Below, in pieces: positions 1 through 8,789 of a DNA stretch of 17,198 nt (position 1 is the first letter of the stretch; each line of letters starts with the position of its first letter). Origin of the DNA: Elusimicrobiota bacterium (GTDB taxonomy: Bacteria > Elusimicrobiota > Elusimicrobia > Elusimicrobiales > UBA9959). The position numbers and the translations under genes were made by a program. Under the pieces are notes generated by a model, which saw nothing but the letters and a program-made list of their open reading frames with translations, did no database searches and was not told where the DNA came from. The stretch is from positions 1-17,198 of the forward strand of contig DAIENX010000107.1 in assembly GCA_027340875.1 (NCBI GenBank), given 5' to 3'.

Positions 1-1029
1 GTCGCCGAAGAGTATCTCCGTCTCCTCCGGGGTGAAGCCGATGCCGGAGTTGCCTACCGCCGCCATGATGCGGCCCCAGTTGGCGTCCTCGCCGTTGATG
101 GCGGTCTTCACCAGGTTGGAGCTGGCTATCGCGCGGGCGGCCGCTACGGCGTCATCCTGGCTGGCGGCGCCCACCACCTGCACCTCCACGAACTTGGTGG
201 CGCCCTCGCCGTCCATGACTATCATCTTGGAGAGCCGCACCAGCAGGTGCTCCAGGGCCGCGGTGAACTCGGCGTAGCCCGGGTCCGTCTCCGAGGCCAG
301 CGGCGCGTTGCCGGCCAGCCCGTTGGCCAGCACCACCACCATGTCGTTAGTGCTGGTGTCGCCGTCAACGGTTATGCGGTTGAACGAGCGGTCCACGACG
401 TCCTTCACCGTCCTCTGCAGCAGCTCGGGGGTTATCGCGGCGTCGGTGGAGATGAAGGCCAGCATCGTGGCCATGTTCGGGGCTATCATGCCCGAGCCCT
501 TGGCCATGCCGCCCAGCTTGACCTCGGCGCCGTCGATCCGCACCGTCACGGCCAGCTCCTTCACGAAAGTGTCGGTGGTCATGATGGCCTCGGCGGCCGC
601 GCGGCCGCCCTCGGCGGAGAGCTGAGGTACCGCCTCTGCCAGGCCGGCTATGATCTTTTCCATCGGCAGGTACTGGCCGATGACGCCGGTGGAGGAGACC
701 AGCACCTCTTCCTTTTTAAGGCCGGTGACCAGCGCGGTCTGCGCTATCATCGTGCGGGCGTCCTCCAGGCCCCTGGCGCCGGTACAGGCGTTGGCGTTGC
801 CGCTGTTGACCGAAACGGCGCGTATCCAGCGGGAGGCGGCCAGCTGTTCCTTGCACGCCGTGACCGGCGCGCCAGGCACCGCGTTCTGGGTGAACACCGC
901 CCCGCAGGCCGCCGGTCTCTCGGAGACCAGCAGCGCAAGATCCTTCTTGGCCCGCTTTATACCGCAATGCAGCCCGGCGGCCTTGTAGCCATTCGCCGCC
1001 GTAACTCCGCCCGCGATTTCCTGTATCAT
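1..1029 (-). CDS. argJ: Bifunctional ornithine acetyltransferase/N-acetylglutamate synthase ArgJ (3' end beyond window)
   Basis: Not in the ORF track because it has no stop in the window. Manual translation from ATG at 1029 gives MIQEIAGGVTAANGYKAAGLHCGIK...KDLALL...VNSGNANACTG...SSTGVIG...AIMTTDT...GGMAKGSGMIAPNMATMLAF...DGDTSTND...DGEGATK...DANWGRI, which are ArgJ hallmark motifs including the autocleavage site A/TML. AGGAG RBS upstream. Confidence 0.97.
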   Translation of the reverse strand, partial: MIQEIAGGVTAANGYKAAGLHCGIKRAKKDLALLVSERPAACGAVFTQNAVPGAPVTACKEQLAASRWIRAVSVNSGNANACTGARGLEDARTMIAQTALVTGLKKEEVLVSSTGVIGQYLPMEKIIAGLAEAVPQLSAEGGRAAAEAIMTTDTFVKELAVTVRIDGAEVKLGGMAKGSGMIAPNMATMLAFISTDAAITPELLQRTVKDVVDRSFNRITVDGDTSTNDMVVVLANGLAGNAPLASETDPGYAEFTAALEHLLVRLSKMIVMDGEGATKFVEVQVVGAASQDDAVAAARAIASSNLVKTAINGEDANWGRIMAAVGNSGIGFTPEETEILFGD

Positions 1030-1056
1030 TTACTTTTTCTCTCCTTTATATACCGC

Positions 1057-2070
1057 TCAATTCAGTCCGGCTTTCTCCGGCAGGCCGAACATGATGTTCA
1101 TGTTCTGTATGGCCTGGCCGGCCGCGCCCTTGCCCAGGTTGTCTATGGCCGCCATGACCGTCAGGTGGCCGGTGCGCGCGTCCACGGAAAGGCCGATGTC
1201 GCAGTAGTTGCTTCGCGCCACCGCCTGTATCTGCGGCATGCCCTTCTTGACCCGCACGAAGGCCGCGTCCCTGTAGAAGTCCTCGTACACGGCCAGCGCG
1301 GCCGCCGCGTCGGTCTTCGCGGCCAGCGCGGCGTGTATCGTGGAATGTATGCCGCGGGTCAGCGGCACCAGGTGGGGGATGAAAGATACCGTGGGCTCGA
1401 GGCCGGTGGCCGCGCGCAAAGCGCTCTCTATCTCCGGGACGTGCTGATGGCTGCCGGGCTTGTAGGCGCGCACGTTCTCGTTCAGCTCGGTGAAGTTCAT
1501 GTCCGCCTTGGCGGTGCGGCCCGCGCCCGAGATCCCGGACACCGCGCTGACCGCTATGGACCCGGGTTTCGCCAGGCCTTTGGCCAGGGCCGGCAGCAGG
1601 CCCAGTATCACGCTGGTGGCGTAGCAGCCGGGGTTGGCGACCAGGCGGGCCTTCTTAATATCTTCCTTATTGACCTCGGGAAGGCCGTACACGGCCTGCG
1701 TCAGCAGGTGCTTCGCCGTGTGCTCCTTGCCGTAGTAGCGCAGGTACTCCTCCGTGCGCTGGAGCCTGAAGTCGCCGCCCAGGTCTATCACCCTTTCGGC
1801 CGTATCCAGCAGGGAAGGCACCACGTCCATGCCCTGGCCGGAGGGCAGCGCCACGAAGGCCACGTCGGCCTTCTTCATTCTGCCCGGCACGTACTCCTCG
1901 AACTTCAGGTCCACGCGGCCCGCGAGCGCGGGATAGAGCTCGTCCACGCGCTGCCCGGCGGAAGTGTTGGCGGTGACAGCATCTATGGAAACGTCGGCGC
2001 GCGACGAGAGCAGCCGCATCAGCTCCGCGCCGGAATAACCGGAAGCCCCGACGATAATTGCCTTGATCAT
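1057..2070 (-). CDS. argC: N-acetyl-gamma-glutamyl-phosphate reductase ArgC (337 aa)
   Basis: C-terminal part of ORF 1057..2982. True start is likely MIKAIIVGASGYSG (ATG at 2070, AGGAG upstream). Motifs GASGYSG, ANPGCY (catalytic Cys), SGISGAGR and DNLGKGAAGQAIQNMN. Confidence 0.96.
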   Translation of the reverse strand: MIKAIIVGASGYSGAELMRLLSSRADVSIDAVTANTSAGQRVDELYPALAGRVDLKFEEYVPGRMKKADVAFVALPSGQGMDVVPSLLDTAERVIDLGGDFRLQRTEEYLRYYGKEHTAKHLLTQAVYGLPEVNKEDIKKARLVANPGCYATSVILGLLPALAKGLAKPGSIAVSAVSGISGAGRTAKADMNFTELNENVRAYKPGSHQHVPEIESALRAATGLEPTVSFIPHLVPLTRGIHSTIHAALAAKTDAAAALAVYEDFYRDAAFVRVKKGMPQIQAVARSNYCDIGLSVDARTGHLTVMAAIDNLGKGAAGQAIQNMNIMFGLPEKAGLN

Positions 2071-2090
2071 CCTTTCTTTCTCCTTGACCG

Positions 2091-2128
2091 CTTGCATAAA
2101 TATACAACATTTTGTATGATTATGCAAT
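2091..2128. promoter_or_regulatory. Tandem ARG boxes (ArgR/AhrC operator) in the argC/argD divergent promoter region
   Basis: Two 18-bp imperfect palindromes, CTTGCATAAATATACAAC (2091-2108) and TTTGTATGATTATGCAAT (2111-2128), 2 bp apart. Both match TGCAT-N4-ATGCA and lie in an AT-rich gap between divergent arg genes. Confidence 0.85.
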
Positions 2129-2166
2129 AGCCTCCGTGGAGAAAGCGGAAGGCGGGGAGAATAAAA

Positions 2167-3375
2167 ATGAGCCAGCAGCAGAGAGAGCAGGCGGTATTCC
2201 TGAAGACCTACAAGCGCCTCCCGCTCGAGATAGAGAAGGGAAAAGGCGCCCGCCTGACCACCCCGACAGGGGAGACATATCTGGACATGATCTCCGGCGT
2301 GGCCGTTAACGCGCTTGGCCACGGGCACCCGGCCGTCCTTTCGGCCATAGCGGAGCAGGCGGCGCGCTACGTGCATGTCTCCAACTATTTCCTGCAGGAG
2401 CCTCAGATAGCGCTGGCCGAGCTGCTGGTGAAATATTCCGGCTGCGAGAAGGTATTCTTCTGCAACAGCGGCACCGAAGCCGTAGAGGGCGCGCTGAAGA
2501 TAGCCCGCCGCTGGGGTTCCACCCGCGGCAAGACGGAGCTGGTCTCGATGAGCAACGCCTTCCACGGCCGCACGATGGGCGCGCTGTCGCTGATGGACCG
2601 CCCCGGCTACCGCGACGGCTTCGGTCCGTTCCTCGGCGGCTGCGGCACCGCGGCCTTCAACGACCCGGCGTCGCTGCGCGCCGCGGTCGGGCCTTCCACC
2701 GCCGCCGTACTGCTGGAGTTCGTGCAGGGGGAGGGCGGCGTCAGGCCGGTTTCCGCTGAGTTCGCGGCCGAGCTGCAGAAGCTGCGCGCCGAGCACGGCT
2801 TCCTTATAATAGCCGACGAGATACAGTCCGGCGCCGGCCGGACCGGGAAGTTCTTCTCTTTCGAGCATTACGGCGTGAAACCCGACCTGGTCCTGATGGC
2901 CAAGCCTATCGGCGGCGGCCTGCCGCTGGGGGCGATACTGGCGTCGGGCGAGGCGACCTCCGTGCTGGCCCCAGGCATGCACGGCACCACCTTCGGCGGC
3001 AACCCCGTGGCCTGCGCCGCAGGCATAGCCGTTATTAAGGAAGTAATGGAGAAGGGCGTGCTCGCGAACGTGAACGCCATGGGCGTCCTGCTGAAGACTA
3101 AGCTCGAGGCCATACGCGCCGAGTTCCCGGCCCTCGTGTCGGAAGTCCGCGGCCTCGGCCTGCTGGCCGGGCTGGAGCTGGCCTCACCCGGAGACCCGCT
3201 TATAGTGGCCCTGCGCGAGAAGAAGCGCGTGCTGCTCAACTGCACCGACGGCAAGGTCATCCGCTTCCTGCCCCCGCTCAACGTGAAGGCGGAGGAGCTG
3301 GAGGAGGCCTGCGCGGCGGTGCGGGAGCTGCTGGCCGCCGGAGTTGTCGCCGGAAAGGACGCAGTAAAGGCGTAA
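2167..3375 (+). CDS. argD: Acetylornithine aminotransferase ArgD (class III PLP aminotransferase)
   Basis: YLDMISGVAVNALGHGHP, FFCNSGTEAVEGALKIAR, FHGRTMGALS, IADEIQSGAGRTG, LMAKPIGGG (PLP Lys), HGTTFGGNP; arg cluster context. Confidence 0.95.
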   Translation: MSQQQREQAVFLKTYKRLPLEIEKGKGARLTTPTGETYLDMISGVAVNALGHGHPAVLSAIAEQAARYVHVSNYFLQEPQIALAELLVKYSGCEKVFFCNSGTEAVEGALKIARRWGSTRGKTELVSMSNAFHGRTMGALSLMDRPGYRDGFGPFLGGCGTAAFNDPASLRAAVGPSTAAVLLEFVQGEGGVRPVSAEFAAELQKLRAEHGFLIIADEIQSGAGRTGKFFSFEHYGVKPDLVLMAKPIGGGLPLGAILASGEATSVLAPGMHGTTFGGNPVACAAGIAVIKEVMEKGVLANVNAMGVLLKTKLEAIRAEFPALVSEVRGLGLLAGLELASPGDPLIVALREKKRVLLNCTDGKVIRFLPPLNVKAEELEEACAAVRELLAAGVVAGKDAVKA

Positions 3376-3412
3376 TTGGTCTTTGTTGTGCGCGGGTGGC
3401 GGCGGTTAGTTT

Positions 3413-3549
3413 GCGCAGATACGACCGACTTGCCGAGACGGGCCGTCGCGGACTGAAGCCGCTTGCGTAGCGCGGCGAAGGAGTGACGAGCGGCGAGCAC
3501 GGTGTGCGAGACCGCGTGCCCGGTGAGGTAAGTCGGGCGGAAGCTGCGC
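3413..3549. repeat. Structured intergenic element (nested inverted repeats), related to the element at 12093-12220
   Basis: GCGCAG (3413-3418) pairs with CTGCGC (3544-3549), and CCGACTTGCC (3425-3434) pairs with GGTAAGTCGG (3527-3536). Internal motifs are GCTTGCGTAGCGC (3461-3473) and GCACGGTGTGCG (3497-3508). Confidence 0.6.
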
Positions 3550-3577
3550 TGAATAGTTTGGCTTTAAGGAGAACGAC

Positions 3578-4818
<1,241 letters not shown>

Positions 4819-4819
<1 letters not shown>

Positions 4820-5994
4820 TGAAGCTCTGGGCGAAGGGGTACGACCTCGACAAGGATATAGAGTCCTTCACCGTAGGGGACGACTACCTGCTCGACCGCA
4901 GGCTGGTGAAGTACGACTGCGCCGCGTCGCTCGCGCACGCGCGGGCCCTGAGAAAGGCCGGACTGCTGACGTCGGGCGAGCTGAAAGAGATCATCGCCGG
5001 CCTCGAAGAGATACTGGCCCTGGACGCCGCAGGCGAGTTCAGGATAAGGCCGGAGGACGAGGACTGCCACACGGCCATAGAGAGCCGGCTTACGGCCAGG
5101 TACGGCGCGGCCGGCAGGAAGGTGCATACCGGCCGTTCCCGCAACGACCAGGTGCTGACCGCGCTGCGGCTCTACGAACGGGACGCGCTGGCGGAGATGA
5201 AAGCGGCGCTGGCCGCCTTCGCCGGGGCCTGCAAGAAGCTGGCGGCTAAGCAGGGCGGCACGGCCCTGCCTGGCTACACGCATACGCGCCGCGCGATGCC
5301 GACCACGGCCGGCGCCTGGCTGGGCTGCTTCGCCGCGGCCGCGGCGGACGATTCCGGACACGCGGACTTTTTGATGAAGCTGCTGGACCAGTCCCCGCTG
5401 GGCTCGGCCGCCGGCTTCGGCGTGCCTGTGCTCGGGATAGACAAGGCCTACAGCGCGCGGCTGATGGGCTTCTCGAAGGCCATAGAGAACCCCATCTACG
5501 CCCAGTTCACCCGCAGCAAGTTCGAGCCGGCGGTGATGCATCTGTGTTCGCAGGTGATGCTGACGCTGAACAAGCTGGCCACGGACCTCATCTACTTCAG
5601 CGCGCCGGAGTTCGGTTTCGTGGCGCTGCCGAAGGAGTTCTGTACCGGCAGCTCGATAATGCCGCAAAAAAAGAACCCCGACGTGCTGGAACTGGTCAGG
5701 GGGAAGTACCACGTCGTGCTGGGCGAGGAGTTCAAGGCGCTGTCGCTGGCCGGCAACCTGCCGTCCGGCTACAACCGCGACGCGCAGCTGGGCAAAGGGC
5801 CGCTGTTCGCCAGCCTGGACGCCGTGCTGGCCTCGCTGCGGATCATGGCGAAGGTGGTGGCCGGGCTGAGGTTCGTCCCGGAGCGCTGCGTTCTGGCTCC
5901 GGAGCTGTTCGCCACGGAGGAGGCCTACCGGCTGGTGAAGTCCGGCGTGCCGTTCCGGGAGGCCTACCGCAGGGTGGCCGCCAAGTTCCGCTGA
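4819..5994 (+). CDS. argH: Argininosuccinate lyase ArgH (short 391-aa form)
   Basis: EDCHTAIE, HTGRSRNDQV, PGYTH, SPLGSAAG, GSSIMPQKKNPD fumarase-family signature, GVPFREAY. Translationally coupled to argG by a TGATG overlap. Confidence 0.95.
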
Positions 5995-6007
5995 ACCTGC
6001 CGGGGAC

Positions 6008-6047
6008 AAAAAAAGAACCGCCGCCCGAAAGGCGGCGGTCCTTTTTT
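6008..6047. terminator. Bidirectional rho-independent terminator between argH and the ACT gene
   Basis: AAAAAAAG-AACCGCCGCC-CGAAA-GGCGGCGGTC-CTTTTTT: GC stem flanked by an A tract and a T tract, between convergent genes. Confidence 0.9.
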
Positions 6048-6059
6048 CAGGCAGTGAGG

Positions 6060-6470
6060 CTACTTCAGTCCCAGCTCGCCCTTCAGCACTTCTATGGCCT
6101 TCTCGGGGTCGGAGGCGTTCAGCAGCAGCCTGCCGTCGGCGCCGCCTATCGAAGTGCCGTACACGGTGGTGATGTTGATCTTGTGCTCGCTCAGCGCTTT
6201 CGCCAGCTGGAGGAGCTGGCCGGGTTTGTCCGGCAGCTCGAGGGAGATCATCGGGGTCTCTATCGTGGTGAAGCCGGCTCCGGTCAGGATATGGCTGACC
6301 TTGCGGTCCGCGTCCACCGCCACGCGCACTACGCCGGAGTCGTCGCGGATCTCCGAGGCGATGCCGATGATGTTCACGCCCTCGTTGGCGAACAGCTCCA
6401 CGAACTTGGAGAGGGCGCCCGGCACGTTCGGCAGGAACACGGTATATTGTCTGACAAGTTTCACTGGCAT
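6060..6470 (-). CDS. Tandem ACT-domain (amino-acid-binding) protein
   Basis: 136 aa with two ACT-like repeats: QYTVFLPNVPGALSKFVELFANEGVNIIGI and SLELPDKPGQLLQLAKALSEHKINITTVY. Confidence 0.85.
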   Translation of the reverse strand: MPVKLVRQYTVFLPNVPGALSKFVELFANEGVNIIGIASEIRDDSGVVRVAVDADRKVSHILTGAGFTTIETPMISLELPDKPGQLLQLAKALSEHKINITTVYGTSIGGADGRLLLNASDPEKAIEVLKGELGLK

Positions 6471-6554
6471 AAAGGCTCCGGCGCCGCGGGTTTAGGTCTG
6501 CAGGCGCGCTATTATTAAATATTTTTTATATCCGCCGGTAAAGCGCAAAAGTTA

Positions 6555-6560
6555 TATAAT
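6555..6560 (+). promoter_or_regulatory. Putative sigma70 -10 element for the 6571-11164 operon
   Basis: Perfect TATAAT 10 nt before ATG 6571 in an AT-rich divergent gap. No convincing -35 or RBS. Confidence 0.4.
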
Positions 6561-6570
6561 CAGAGCCGGG

Positions 6571-7107
6571 ATGAAGCTCGTTCCGGAGGGGAGATCCAGG
6601 GTGCTGTCCTACGTCTCGCTGGCCGTCGCGGCGGCCTGCGCCGTCATGGCCTCGCGGGCGGCGTACGACCTGCTGACGCTGGCGGAGGTGCTCTCCACTC
6701 CCGCGTTCTACCTGAGCCTGGTCCATTCCACGCTTCCTATCGACCTGCCGCCGCTGGCCGCGCTGATGGTGCGGCACACGCTCCCCTTCTTCGTCTTCAT
6801 GCTGCTCTTCTGGTCTTCCGGCCTCGGTCTTTCCATCGGCGTGCTGGCCAGGAGGGAATGGGCCCGCCGCGGCGCCGTCTGGATGCTCTACCTGAACGCC
6901 GCCGCGGCCCTGCTGGTGCTGGGCTACCCGTGGCTGGCCGTGCCGCGCCCGCTGATGTACGGGGATATACCGCTGGCGCCGGACTTCAACGGCGCGGTGA
7001 GGACCGCGGCTTTCTTTTTAAGGCTGACCTCCATGCTGCACGGGGGGCTGTGCCTCTGGGGCGGCCTGGCGCTGGACCGAGGCTCCGTCAGGAGCGAATT
7101 CGACTGA
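6571..7107 (+). CDS. Hypothetical integral membrane protein (about 4 hydrophobic segments, 178 aa)
   Basis: Strongly hydrophobic ORF with GC-rich third codon positions. Ends 10 bp before the next gene, suggesting it is the first gene of an operon. Confidence 0.75.
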   Translation: MKLVPEGRSRVLSYVSLAVAAACAVMASRAAYDLLTLAEVLSTPAFYLSLVHSTLPIDLPPLAALMVRHTLPFFVFMLLFWSSGLGLSIGVLARREWARRGAVWMLYLNAAAALLVLGYPWLAVPRPLMYGDIPLAPDFNGAVRTAAFFLRLTSMLHGGLCLWGGLALDRGSVRSEFD

Positions 7108-7117
7108 TGAGGGGAAC

Positions 7118-8785
7118 ATGATAAGAACCAGATATCTTCTGCTGGCGGCGCTTCTGGCCCTGCCGCGCGCCGCGCTGGCCGGCTTCGGGATGAAATGGGC
7201 GGAGACCGAGGTGATACTGGACCGGGACGGCAAGGCGCAGGTCGCTTACGCGGTGCGCTGGGCCGGCAGCGGCCAGCTGCACGGCTTCTACTTCGAGGGC
7301 TTCCAGGAGACTCCGGTCTTCGACATGGGACGCGCCTACGCGCTGGACTCCTCCGGCAACAAGTACCAGCTCGACATAAAGAAGCTGTCGGACCGGAAGT
7401 ACGACATAGTGCTGGCCGGCGGCCAGGCCGTCACCTCGGGGGAGATCACCTACTTCTTCCGCTACGCGGCGGACCTGCAGGCTTCCGGTAACCTGACCCA
7501 GACCACGGCGGGGGAGAAGAAGCTCGCGGTCTTCAACTGGTCGCCCGTGCAGTGGGACGACCCGATGGAGCACGGGGCTCTTACCGTCCGTTTCCCGGTC
7601 GCGCTCGCTTCGCCGCAGGTGGACGAGAAGACGCTCTCCGGCCTCGGCTTCATGACGGAGAAATTCGTCAACGAGCGATATTCCATAGACTACCCGACGG
7701 TAAAGAACGCGGAAGGCAGGGACATCTTCAGCGTGCGCTTCTTCCGCAAGAACCTGGAGCGGCGCTACCATTTCCAGGTGCAGGTCTATCTGGACGCATC
7801 GCATTTCGGCCTGAACACGATGACGTACGGCAGCCTTACGAAGGGGCTGCCGGAGAAGATGGAATACAGGCCGGCCGCCGAAAAGTACTATCTGAACCGC
7901 TATTTCCCGGGCAGCATGCTCGCCTCGCTGCCTATGAACCGCCGGGGGACCCTGCTGGTCCTGATAGCCCTGGCCGTAGTGTTCGTGCTGCTGCCCTTCG
8001 TGGTGATGACTGTGAAGCACAACGCGATGCTGACCGCGCAGGCCGGCATCTCCGCGGTGAACTGGGACGGTACCGAGTGGGAGCCGCCTAAGGCGCAGGT
8101 GAGCTCTTTCCGCGTGCCCGGCAAGATAGCGAAGGACCTCAGCCCGCTGGAGGCCGGCGTGGTGATGGGCCTTCCGCTGGCCGAGCTGCTCGGGCTGATG
8201 GTGGGGAACATGGAGAGGAAGGGGCTGCTGAAGATAAAGAGCGGCACCCCGCTGGTGGTGGAGAGGGTACAGGGAGCCTCGGTCAGCATGGACCCCTACG
8301 AGAACTCCCTGCTGGCGGCGATACGGCCGGACGGCAGCATAGACGAGGTTTCCGCCACCGCGGCCGTGCGCGCGCTGGGCGACGGCGTGCAGCAGAAGGC
8401 CTGGGACTGCGACATGGAGGCCACCCGGGACTATTATCGAAAGCAGGTGGACCGTTATTCCGGCATGCGCACGGACGACGATACCGGCTTCTACTGGGGC
8501 GGCTACCGCCGGCATTACTACAGCCGGGATTACAACAACCCGCTCTATAATAACTCGCAGCAGGCGGCTGGCGGGCTGAAGACGGCCCTGCCGGCCGACT
8601 TCGCCGGAGGCTTCGACGCTTTCCGCGGCTCGGCCATGTGCTACGAAGGCGCCTTCTCCGGCTCGGCCTGCCACGACGCCTGCCACTCGGCCTGCCACGA
8701 TGCCTGCCACAGCGCGTGTCATTCCGCCTGCCACTCGGCGTGCCACGGGGCCTGCCATTCGGCCTGCGTCAGCAGCGGCCACTAG
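7118..8785 (+). CDS. Signal-peptide, single-TM protein (DUF2207-like) with a C-terminal (ACHx)8 Cys/His repeat; candidate radical SAM substrate
   Basis: N-terminal signal peptide MIRTRYLLLAALLALPRAALA, then a beta-rich extracytoplasmic region (FNWSPVQWDDPMEHGALTVRFP) and a TM helix TLLVLIALAVVFVLLPFVVMTV. The post-TM segment DLSPLEAGVVMG...MERKGLLKIK resembles DUF2207. Tail: SACHDACHSACHDACHSACHSACHSACHGACHSACVSSGH. GAGGGG RBS. Confidence 0.85.
   Translation: MIRTRYLLLAALLALPRAALAGFGMKWAETEVILDRDGKAQVAYAVRWAGSGQLHGFYFEGFQETPVFDMGRAYALDSSGNKYQLDIKKLSDRKYDIVLAGGQAVTSGEITYFFRYAADLQASGNLTQTTAGEKKLAVFNWSPVQWDDPMEHGALTVRFPVALASPQVDEKTLSGLGFMTEKFVNERYSIDYPTVKNAEGRDIFSVRFFRKNLERRYHFQVQVYLDASHFGLNTMTYGSLTKGLPEKMEYRPAAEKYYLNRYFPGSMLASLPMNRRGTLLVLIALAVVFVLLPFVVMTVKHNAMLTAQAGISAVNWDGTEWEPPKAQVSSFRVPGKIAKDLSPLEAGVVMGLPLAELLGLMVGNMERKGLLKIKSGTPLVVERVQGASVSMDPYENSLLAAIRPDGSIDEVSATAAVRALGDGVQQKAWDCDMEATRDYYRKQVDRYSGMRTDDDTGFYWGGYRRHYYSRDYNNPLYNNSQQAAGGLKTALPADFAGGFDAFRGSAMCYEGAFSGSACHDACHSACHDACHSACHSACHSACHGACHSACVSSGH
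8666..8773 (+). repeat. Coding 12-bp tandem repeat (9 units) encoding ACHD-ACHS-ACHD-ACHS-ACHS-ACHS-ACHG-ACHS-ACVS
   Basis: Units of GC(C/G) TG(C/T) CA(C/T) NNN read directly from 8666 to 8761, then GCC TGC GTC AGC. Units differ at synonymous positions. Confidence 0.95.
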
Positions 8786-8789
8786 AGCT

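Noticed and set aside
247..2130. 627-aa plus-strand ORF and other long antisense or alternate-frame ORFs (3278..4804, 4684..6009, 5544..6518, 7088..8782, 10974..12101, 14250..16226)
   Set aside because: They are shadows of well-supported genes in a GC-rich genome, with no recognisable motifs and biased composition.
2071..2982. N-terminal extension of argC (641-aa ORF suggesting a fusion)
   Set aside because: The extension is antisense to argD and crosses the operator. The ArgC Rossmann motif and RBS define the start at 2070.
3376..3577. T-box or known riboswitch upstream of argG
   Set aside because: No T-box consensus or terminator/antiterminator is visible, and a related element occurs inverted in the unrelated nifU-nifS gap.
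8666..8773. Repeat read as a CRISPR array or as a multiheme cytochrome c
   Set aside because: The units are contiguous 12-mers with no spacers and are in-frame coding. The motifs are overlapping CX3CH rather than CXXCH, too densely packed, and predicted to be cytoplasmic, away from the heme-attachment machinery.
8700..8789. Upstream start for the rSAM ORF (MPATARVIPPATRR...)
   Set aside because: This is an alternate-frame reading of the ACHx repeat. ATG 8790, just after the upstream stop, is more plausible.
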